This document shows positions 18,537-26,075 of a stretch of 58,303 nt of DNA, one piece after another. The stretch is taken from contig JAEOUH010000074.1 in NCBI GenBank assembly GCA_016839365.1, forward strand, positions 1 to 58,303. Direction: 5' to 3'. How positions within the stretch are numbered: the stretch's first letter is position 1; every line of letters starts with the position of its first letter. Under the pieces are notes generated by a model that had not been told where the DNA came from, did no database searches, and saw nothing but the letters and a program-made list of their open reading frames with translations. The stretch is from Candidatus Hermodarchaeota archaeon (GTDB lineage: Archaea; Asgardarchaeota; Hermodarchaeia; Hermodarchaeales; Hermodarchaeaceae). The position numbers and the translations under genes were made by a program.

Positions 18537-18641
18537 TGGTGCGGCTTCCGGGACTTTCGGCAGCAAGCAAGGCTTGTCAAGCGTTCGAACCCGGGTCTCA
18601 GGCGTGGGAGGCCTGGATCATAACCACTAGATCAAAGCCGC
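18537..18641 (-). tRNA. tRNA-Gly(CCC) with 30-nt T-loop intron (59/60; 18554-18583)
   Basis: GCGGCTT/AAGCCGC-A-CCA; CAGGC-CT-CCC-AC-GCCTG; strict BHB with helix TTCG/CGAA. Confidence 0.95.
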
Positions 18642-18705
18642 TGATACTAAAATGAAGAAATCACTCGTCGACCTAAAACAATTGTGGTACCTTGGGGGCA
18701 AGGAA

Positions 18706-20139
18706 CTAGTTAACCTCACTAGCTGAAGGCGCGTATCGGTAAAGTTGTTGGTTCTTCGCTTTTTCGATCGTTTCGGGGTCGATTCGTTTAAGTTCACGTT
18801 CAGGAAATCTTGAGAGCATTTCCCAGCCTAGATCGAGGGTTTGCTCGATTGTGCGCTCTTCAAATTCGCCTTGGTTGAGAAATTGTGTTTCGAACGTTTC
18901 AATGAAGCTCAGATATACCCGATCCCGGTCTGAAAGGGCTCCTTCCCCGACCACTGCGACTAGGTCCCGAAGGTCAGATCCTTCGCTGGCAGCATAGTAG
19001 AGCTGAGCTTGGACTTCATTGTGGTCTGCGCGAGTGTGCCCTTCACCAATCCCCTCTTTCATGAGGCGGCTCAGGCTTGGGGCTGGATCAACCGGTGGGT
19101 AGATTCCCTTGTTGTGTAAGGATCGGCTCGTAATGAGCTGTCCCTCTGTAATATAACCCGTGAGGTCAGCTACTGGATGAGTGATATCGTCACCTGGCAT
19201 AGTGAGAATGGGCATTTGAGTGATGGTGCCACTTCGTCCGATGATTCGGCCTGCGCGCTCGTAGATGGATGAAAGGTCAGTGTAAAGGTATCCAGGGTAC
19301 CCACGGCGTCCTGGGACCTCTTCGCGTGCGGCTGAGATTTCACGCAAAGCGTTCGCGTAATTAAGCATGTCTGTTAGAATAACGAGTACGTGCATGTTCT
19401 GTTCAAATGCTAGATACTCTGCAATCGTAAGTGCGGTTCGAGGTGTGATAATTCGCTCAATGGGAGGGTCGTCAGCGAGGTTCAAGACAAGGACGCTTGT
19501 AGCTAACGCTCCTGTTTCTTCCAGGTTTTTCATATAGAATTGTGCAGTTTCGGCTGTGATTCCAATCGCACAGAGAATCACTGCGAACTGCTCCTCTTTT
19601 CCTGGGATTTTGGCTTGGCGGGTTATCTGAGCAGCAACTCGGTCATGGGGGAGCCCAGATCCACTGAAAATGGGAAGTTTTTGACCTCTGACAAGAGTGT
19701 TGAGGCCGTCAATAACGCTTAGTCCTGTTTGAATGAATTCTCGTGGATATTGGCGGGCATCTGGGTTCATGGGCGCTCCATTAAGGTCAAGTTCATCATC
19801 AGGTACAATAGGGGGGCCTCTATCAATGGGTGTTCCTGATCCGTTAAGAATTCGACCAAGTAAGTCACTCGTCACAGCGGTCTTCATTGTTTCGCCTGTT
19901 AGACGGACTCGTGTGGATTTGGTATCAAGTCCTCGGGTTCCTTCGAAAACTTGTACGATTGCACGTCCTCGCATAGCTTCTAATACAGTTCCCCGGCGAA
20001 GGGTGCCATCTGGGGCAGTAATTTCTACTAGTTCGTTATATGCGACGTCTGTTACCTTGTCAAGGATTAGAAGTGGTCCTGAAACAGTTGTGACTGTTTG
20101 GTAGGTGGGCTTCAAAGTTGCGGCTCGTCTATTTGTCAT
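18706..20139 (-). CDS. atpB: A/V-type ATP synthase subunit B
   Basis: [41 protein letters not shown]. Confidence 0.96.
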   Translation of the reverse strand: MTNRRAATLKPTYQTVTTVSGPLLILDKVTDVAYNELVEITAPDGTLRRGTVLEAMRGRAIVQVFEGTRGLDTKSTRVRLTGETMKTAVTSDLLGRILNGSGTPIDRGPPIVPDDELDLNGAPMNPDARQYPREFIQTGLSVIDGLNTLVRGQKLPIFSGSGLPHDRVAAQITRQAKIPGKEEQFAVILCAIGITAETAQFYMKNLEETGALATSVLVLNLADDPPIERIITPRTALTIAEYLAFEQNMHVLVILTDMLNYANALREISAAREEVPGRRGYPGYLYTDLSSIYERAGRIIGRSGTITQMPILTMPGDDITHPVADLTGYITEGQLITSRSLHNKGIYPPVDPAPSLSRLMKEGIGEGHTRADHNEVQAQLYYAASEGSDLRDLVAVVGEGALSDRDRVYLSFIETFETQFLNQGEFEERTIEQTLDLGWEMLSRFPERELKRIDPETIEKAKNQQLYRYAPSASEVN

Positions 20140-20283
20140 TGTTGTAGCCTCACACGTTCTAATATTCAAATGTTGAATAATATCGGGCTTCGGTGACTAG
20201 GCTTGTGCAACTTTTAAGCGTTACCTTGAGACGAGAAAATTTTTTGTTCTATTTTCTCCGCTTGTACAGGTTTGGTGTGATAG

Positions 20284-21276
20284 CTAAGTCTTTAGCAATA
20301 GTGCTGTTTTCGCAATTCCGCTATTATATGCTAACATTTCCTCCATACGATCCAAAATTATCTGGGTGATTACTGAATCACGCATAACATCGACAATTGT
20401 TTCTGTTTGCCGTTTCCATTGTCGTAACAGAGGAATTTCACCTAATACTTGGCGAACCATTTCCTGGTTTCGTTGAAGAAATGCGGAAATCGCCTTTTGG
20501 AGATTATCATGCACCTTAATGAGGGCGGCTACAGCCAGCTTATTTTGTTCTCCTGGAGGTTGTCGTCGAGTGAGTGCTTCAGCGATATGATGAAGGTTTT
20601 CATGAATACTACTCAATTGCATAACGAAGTATGATGTATCGAAGATATCCGCTGTCTCAAGTTTGAAGCCTGGTGGACGAACATTCATAGCCTTTCTTAA
20701 CGATCGTTGAGCCCGGAGATAATTTCCTCTTTGGCGCCATCCCTCTGTGATAAGTTCATTGGCCACTCGTGCTGTTTCATCCGGGCCGACCTCTAATCCC
20801 GTTATGAGCGTTTTGATACTCTCAAGCGTTGCTCCACCACTCATCTTGACAAATTCCATAATGTCTTGTCCGCGGATTACGCTAACTCCCTTGATGACTA
20901 TTCTCCTATCAGTTCCTTCAATGATTTCAAATCCTGGAAGTTGGTTTACAATATTAGTCACCGTTTTGCGGACAGATTCATTTAATCTACGACTACTTTC
21001 GATAGTCAATTGATCATAACCCACGATATAATAGGTTTCCAGAATGGTTCTAAGTGTCAACTCGTCCTGTTCTAAAAGACGCACGGTAGCTACTCTTTCT
21101 GAAGGCGTTCCAACTATTTGTAATGGAGTGATACGTAACGATCCTTCCGCATCTTCCAGTAGATGAAGTTGTGAATCGGGCTCAATCCCGAATTTCTTAA
21201 TCCATCGCCGTGGAAGACTCACCACGAGGGTTTTACTTTTTCCCCATTGTGTTACCTTTCGGGTTTCGTCTATCAT
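20284..21276 (-). CDS. AbrB-PhoU archaeal phosphate-uptake regulator
   Basis: N-terminal RKVTQWGKSKTLVVSLPRRW (AbrB), YYIVGYD, GFEII, followed by helical PhoU-like repeats. Confidence 0.8.
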   Translation of the reverse strand: MIDETRKVTQWGKSKTLVVSLPRRWIKKFGIEPDSQLHLLEDAEGSLRITPLQIVGTPSERVATVRLLEQDELTLRTILETYYIVGYDQLTIESSRRLNESVRKTVTNIVNQLPGFEIIEGTDRRIVIKGVSVIRGQDIMEFVKMSGGATLESIKTLITGLEVGPDETARVANELITEGWRQRGNYLRAQRSLRKAMNVRPPGFKLETADIFDTSYFVMQLSSIHENLHHIAEALTRRQPPGEQNKLAVAALIKVHDNLQKAISAFLQRNQEMVRQVLGEIPLLRQWKRQTETIVDVMRDSVITQIILDRMEEMLAYNSGIAKTALLLKT

Positions 21277-21344
21277 TGCAATACGCCTTTCCCCTAGTGA
21301 GAGGAATGGATCTCACGAGCCTATGGCTTTGAACTGATAAATAA

Positions 21345-23120
21345 CTAATTCACTTCAATGGAGATAAATTCGTTGTTGATTTCGTTTTCTAGGTCCTTGA
21401 AATACTGCTCCATGACTTTTACGTCTTCGTGAGGTTGCACTTTCATCCGAGCAATTTTTCCTACTACTGGAAGCGCAATGATGCGCCGAAGTGGGATTCC
21501 CTCATCAATTGCTTGCCGCATACGTTGCCAAAACGCCATGATGATCTTCAACATCCAGTAGCTCTTTAATTCAGGGCAATACGTATCGATTGGATGTAGA
21601 GCTGATTGCATTAGGTAATCTTCCTTGACCATTCGGGCAGCCTCTAAAATCGCACGTTCTCGCTCTGGCAGGGCATCAGGGCCGACAAGTTGTACGATTT
21701 CACGGAGTTCCTTATCGCGTTGAAGGATGGATAGGGATTCTTCAGTAAGTTCGGGCCAATCAGAACCCATTTTCTTTTGGTACCAAGGAACTAACTCGTC
21801 CTTGTACAACGAATAGCTTTGAAGATAATTGATTGCAGGGAAGAATCGTCGTGAAGCCATGTCTTTGTCAAGTGCCCAAAACACTTTCGTAATCCGTAAG
21901 GTCGATTGTGTAACAGGTTCAGAAAAGTCGCCACCAGCTGGAGAAACCGCACCTGTAACTGTGACACTTCCCACTCGATAATCTGTTCCTAAAGTTTGAA
22001 CTCGTCCTGCTCTTTCGTAGAAGTCGGCGAGCCGACTCCCAAGGTACGCAGGATATCCTTCTTCACCGGGCATTTCCTCCAATCGTCCTGAAATCTCTCG
22101 GAGTGCTTCTGCCCATCGTGAGGTACTGTCTGCCATAAGAGCTACGTTATAACCTTGGTCACGGAAGTATTCGGCAAGTGTTATTCCGGTGTAAATAGAG
22201 GCTTCGCGTGCAGCAACGGGCATATTACTAGTATTAGCAACAAGCAATGTTCTTTCCATTAATGATTTGCCACTTTTGGGGTCCTTGAGTTTGGGGAAGT
22301 CTTCGAGGACTTCGGTCATTTCGTTACCTCTTTCACCGCAGCCAACATAGACGATAATTTCAGCATCAGCCCACTTCGCTAGTTGGTGAAGGGTAACGGT
22401 TTTTCCAGTCCCGAAACCTCCTGGAATTGCCCCGGTTCCCCCTTTAGCGACAGGAAAGAAGGTGTCAATCACACGCTGGCCCGTATAGAGGGGCACTTCC
22501 GTGCTGATTTTGGTTTTATATGGTCGACCAATTCGAACTGGCCAACGTTGAGTGAGTTTTAGGTCTTCTTTACCTGTAGCGGTTTGGACTTGAGCGATGA
22601 CCTCGCGAATTGTGTAATCTCCAGGGGGAACGATTTGTGTAATTTTTCCTTCGATTCCAGGCGGAACCAGAATTTTGTGAAGAAATACACTTGTTTCCTG
22701 AACGGTTCCCAGCACATCTCCTTGCGAGACAGAAGTACCTTTCTCCATTGTTGGTTGAAAATGCCATTTCTTGTCAACAGGTAAAGGGTCTGCCGTTATA
22801 CCACGAGTAATGAAGTCTCCTACTGCTTCTTTGATGCTCGGGAGAGGGCGTTGAATCCCATCAAAGATTGATCCAACTAGACCTGGGCCCAGTTCCACGT
22901 CAAGTGATGTCCCTGTGGCAACAGCTTTTTCACCAGGTTTCAATCCAGAGGTTTCTTCATAAACTTGAATATAGGCGCGATCGCCGACAATCCGGTTCAC
23001 TTCGCCAATAAGTTCTTCTGCTCCCACTCTGCAGACTTCAAACATAGTGACCCCAAAGAGTCCATCTGCTTCGATAAGAGGACCAGCAATTCGTTGTATT
23101 GTACCTATTCGCGTAGTCAT
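21345..23120 (-). CDS. atpA: A/V-type ATP synthase subunit A (no intein)
   Basis: GGFGTGKT, GCGERGNEM, ADSTSRWAEALRE, PGEEGYPAY. Confidence 0.97.
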   Translation of the reverse strand: MTTRIGTIQRIAGPLIEADGLFGVTMFEVCRVGAEELIGEVNRIVGDRAYIQVYEETSGLKPGEKAVATGTSLDVELGPGLVGSIFDGIQRPLPSIKEAVGDFITRGITADPLPVDKKWHFQPTMEKGTSVSQGDVLGTVQETSVFLHKILVPPGIEGKITQIVPPGDYTIREVIAQVQTATGKEDLKLTQRWPVRIGRPYKTKISTEVPLYTGQRVIDTFFPVAKGGTGAIPGGFGTGKTVTLHQLAKWADAEIIVYVGCGERGNEMTEVLEDFPKLKDPKSGKSLMERTLLVANTSNMPVAAREASIYTGITLAEYFRDQGYNVALMADSTSRWAEALREISGRLEEMPGEEGYPAYLGSRLADFYERAGRVQTLGTDYRVGSVTVTGAVSPAGGDFSEPVTQSTLRITKVFWALDKDMASRRFFPAINYLQSYSLYKDELVPWYQKKMGSDWPELTEESLSILQRDKELREIVQLVGPDALPERERAILEAARMVKEDYLMQSALHPIDTYCPELKSYWMLKIIMAFWQRMRQAIDEGIPLRRIIALPVVGKIARMKVQPHEDVKVMEQYFKDLENEINNEFISIEVN

Positions 23121-23205
23121 TATAAATCGCCTTACAATATATTGTGCTGTTGGGTTCTCTATCAGCTATATTCTCTTGTTAAAATTCTTATGGTGTTTGT
23201 ATATT

Positions 23206-23550
23206 TCAAAATCCTTCGAGTTCAACACCGATTGCTCGTTTCACCAATCGACGTATAGGGCTTTCTTTACCTTCAAGCCGCCCTCTCTTATCAGGGATTT
23301 CAACAATGACTGGATATGGTCTTTCAGAGAGCTCTTCAATTGTTTCGCGGATATTTTCTGCAAGAGGTTCAGTAATGATAATTACGGAGATATTCGAATC
23401 ATTGGAAAAGTCAAGGAGTGCTCGACGTGCCGAGGCGCCATCAGCTGGGATATTCGAATTTAGAATGCCAGCTAATCGAAAACCTACGACTGTATCAGTA
23501 TCACCGATTACTGCAATTTTATCTGTCATATCCATCGGCTCTTTGCTCAT
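23206..23550 (-). CDS. atpF: A/V-type ATP synthase subunit F
   Basis: KIAVIGDTDTVVGFRLAGI, PVIVEIP, VKRAIG. Confidence 0.93.
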   Translation of the reverse strand: MSKEPMDMTDKIAVIGDTDTVVGFRLAGILNSNIPADGASARRALLDFSNDSNISVIIITEPLAENIRETIEELSERPYPVIVEIPDKRGRLEGKESPIRRLVKRAIGVELEGF

Positions 23551-24277
23551 CGTTAGGAGTTTGTTTTCGTAGGGCTTGCAATCGTCGTAACAATCCTCCT
23601 ATTGATTCAAGGCGGGAGATAGCAAGGGGAACTTGTTCCCGTTTGGCAAGTTCAATTGCCAGATAATCGATTTGTTCTACACCATGTAGTACAAAAAGAC
23701 TTGGTCTAATCTCTCCCTTCAACGCTACAAGTGGAGATCGTCCTGTTGACACATTAACTAAAATCAGCGCTCTATCTTCGGTTGCTTCAAATAGTTTGAG
23801 AAACCCTGTGCTTGATAGAACATCTAACGCTTCTGAGGTGTCTATCATTAGATATCCCAACAATTCACGTTCCAGCAGCTCCTCGCCAGTAACGATTTGA
23901 CCTCGCACGCCATCAAGTAGTTCTCGAATGGTTATCCCATTTGTAAACTCGCTAATATCCAATATGATATTGGTTGGAATCTCCACACCCATCATGCGTT
24001 GGAACGCATTTACTACTTGCCCTCCATTTTGCTCGTCCAAAGTTATGATGTTTTCAACAAATCGCTTGATGGTTTTTGTTCCAGGGGATTGGCGCCGCCC
24101 GCTTTCATAGTCGCTGATAACAGAGGGTGATACACCTAATGACTCTGCTAAGTGGATTTGTTGGATATGGAACATCTCACGCCATTTTCGCATAACTCGG
24201 CCTGGGCTATCCGATAGTGAAATCTCTCCTGCTATGCGTCGAGCAAGACGTTGTCTAACTTGCGCCGCCACAGGCAT
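23519..24277 (-). CDS. Predicted HTH transcriptional regulator (conserved archaeal family)
   Basis: IAGEISLS, MRKWREMF, SPSVISDYESGRR, VSTGRSPLVA. Confidence 0.85.
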   Translation of the reverse strand: MPVAAQVRQRLARRIAGEISLSDSPGRVMRKWREMFHIQQIHLAESLGVSPSVISDYESGRRQSPGTKTIKRFVENIITLDEQNGGQVVNAFQRMMGVEIPTNIILDISEFTNGITIRELLDGVRGQIVTGEELLERELLGYLMIDTSEALDVLSSTGFLKLFEATEDRALILVNVSTGRSPLVALKGEIRPSLFVLHGVEQIDYLAIELAKREQVPLAISRLESIGGLLRRLQALRKQTPNDEQRADGYDR

Positions 24278-24376
24278 AATAAGAGGCAACTCGTTCTGCC
24301 TTAAGTGCTTTACGCAATTTTACAGATATTACGGTAACTGACGAACTATTCGAAACACAAAATCGGGTAAAAATGG

Positions 24377-24546
24377 TGGTGGGCCGACGGGGAATTTCTC
24401 CAGCTGGCATTTGCTAGCTGGTTTTGAACCCCGGATCTCACGGACTTCCTCCACGCATCTAGCAGATATCGTGGTCCCGAACCGCGAATCTTTGGTGATT
24501 CCAAGGAACTTATCCTTGTATCAATACCAAGCTAGACCATCGACCC
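24377..24546 (-). tRNA. tRNA-Pro(CGG) with three introns (22/23: 24491-24523; 37/38: 24445-24475; 59/60: 24394-24422)
   Basis: Removing 33+31+29 nt gives a 77-nt cloverleaf with GGGTCGA/TCGGCCC-A-CCA and CGCGG-TT-CGG-GT-CCGTG; each intron forms a BHB-like motif. Confidence 0.92.
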
Positions 24547-24604
24547 ACGTTGGTGCTGGATACAGTTATTGTTCTCTTAAAATGTTTCTTCCGATGGAAC
24601 ACAG

Positions 24605-25417
24605 CTACTCAGTCAGTTGTTTCAATGTTCCTAAGGGAGTATGATCCAACATAACGATTTCCGCATCTTCTAAAGATAAATGCCGAAACAATGGAGAATC
24701 AAGAGAAGCGTTCAGCGTTCCCTTGTTTAGAATATGTCCTCGGAGTAGACTATGATACGCTGGGATGACTAATACATTCATTTGAAGTAAGCGGTTCACG
24801 GTTCTTGCTTCTTTTTGAAAGTGTATTTCACCTAACCAGCTCTTGAGTGCTTCAATGATTGTCGAATTCCATTTGGTCTTCATCCACACAGGATGTATTG
24901 AAACCCGTTCTTTGAGTTTTGATATTGATACTGCTGGGTGAATGTGACCCATCAATAGACTGTCACAGGATAATATGTCAGCAGAAGGGTAAGCATGGCC
25001 ATGCAAGAAATATACCTGCTTTGATTTGAAACGAAGAGAGAAACCTGCTGCTGAAACAATCTGGGTGTTATCCGGGATAACTAGTTCTAAATCTGCGTCA
25101 TGATTACCTCGGACAATAGTGACGTTGGCTTGATGTTGTAAATCGAAAAGTAGTTGTGCAACCTGCTGAAGTTCCTGTTTTGAAAATTCTTGGATAGAAT
25201 GTTTCAAATCTCCTAAAATAATAATTTCAGTGGGCTTTTGTTTTATGACGAGTTGTTTAATTTGTTGAATGATTTGAAGCGTTAAATTCGTCGAATAGAA
25301 CTCTTGTTTGAAAAGTGTTCGTTCATATCCGATATGAAGGTCGGCTAAAACTAGAACCCGTCGTGGCTCCTCATGCAGGATGACTGCTGGCTCGTTTTCG
25401 ATGAGTTCTAGATGCAT
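24605..25417 (-). CDS. Calcineurin-like metallophosphoesterase (Lhr-associated type)
   Basis: ADLHIG, LGDLKH, RGNHD, LHGH, GHIHP. Confidence 0.9.
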   Translation of the reverse strand: MHLELIENEPAVILHEEPRRVLVLADLHIGYERTLFKQEFYSTNLTLQIIQQIKQLVIKQKPTEIIILGDLKHSIQEFSKQELQQVAQLLFDLQHQANVTIVRGNHDADLELVIPDNTQIVSAAGFSLRFKSKQVYFLHGHAYPSADILSCDSLLMGHIHPAVSISKLKERVSIHPVWMKTKWNSTIIEALKSWLGEIHFQKEARTVNRLLQMNVLVIPAYHSLLRGHILNKGTLNASLDSPLFRHLSLEDAEIVMLDHTPLGTLKQLTE

Positions 25418-25466
25418 GCTGGTTCAATAATTATTCACCAGATAGGTATTTTTTTCTTTATGATGA

Positions 25467-25913
25467 GTGACTGTTGGTGTAATGAAAGGCGATTTAGCAA
25501 CAGTCTTAGACTCTATTAAAAAACAGCAAGCAATCTCTGGTGCTTCACTTGTTAATCTTAACAGGTTCTGTGGCGACCGTTTTTGGAAGGCTCTTCAAGC
25601 GGTAGCTAATGATCTGGTGAAAAAATATATATTCGAACCCAGCGGTAGAGAGGCATGGGTGGTTGTAGGGAAAAGCCGGGATTATCGTGTTTTATCTGAA
25701 GTATATTGTGACTGTGAAGACTTCTATATCAATGTGATAGTAAAACGCACTGCAGATCTTTGTTATCATATTCTCGCACAAATTCTTGCCAATGCATTAA
25801 GTACGTATTCGGAAATTCGCGTCGATGATATGGTGTATGAAACATTACGTGAAGAATGGGAAAGATTACAAGAAAAGCCAGCGGGTCAAAAATCGAAGAA
25901 AGGGGATGTTTGA
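25467..25913 (+). CDS. SWIM zinc-finger protein
   Basis: WVVVGKSRDY...YCDCEDF...CYHILA (CxC...CxH). Confidence 0.85.
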   Translation: MTVGVMKGDLATVLDSIKKQQAISGASLVNLNRFCGDRFWKALQAVANDLVKKYIFEPSGREAWVVVGKSRDYRVLSEVYCDCEDFYINVIVKRTADLCYHILAQILANALSTYSEIRVDDMVYETLREEWERLQEKPAGQKSKKGDV

Positions 25914-25959
25914 GTAAACTTAAAAAGCAGTGAAAGAACTTGGCAGGACGGTTCTGCAA

Positions 25960-26067
25960 ATGGATGCCGTATATCAAATCTATTACATCGTAACCATTTC
26001 GCTCTCAATTTTAGCAAGTCTACTTATCATTGCCTACCACATCCTAAGCGGACGCGAAGAACAATAA
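25960..26067 (+). CDS. 35-aa single-TM microprotein, OST4-like
   Basis: MDAVYQIYYIVTISLSILASLLIIAYHILSGREEQ; below the ORF-track cutoff; TATA-like CTTAAAAA upstream. Confidence 0.6.
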   Translation: MDAVYQIYYIVTISLSILASLLIIAYHILSGREEQ

Positions 26068-26075
26068 TCTCATGA

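Noticed and set aside
18401-18641. Dicistronic tRNA-Gly-C/D sRNA transcript as in plants
   Set aside because: T-rich tracts follow the tRNA and a BRE/TATA-like AAAAGGTATAGAG lies about 20-25 nt upstream of the sRNA, so independent transcription is more likely.
18650-19400. Possible further keto-skew scars right of tRNA-Gly and across hypF
   Set aside because: The bias is mild and cannot be separated by eye from normal minus-strand coding bias.
21345-23120. Intein in ATP synthase subunit A, a common host
   Set aside because: The 591-aa protein is contiguous through GKTV and GCGER; there is no insertion.
24374-24380. Encoded CCACCA as a degradation tag or att remnant
   Set aside because: A 3-nt duplication is easily chance, the known tag is added post-transcriptionally, and no duplicated tRNA 3' end was seen.
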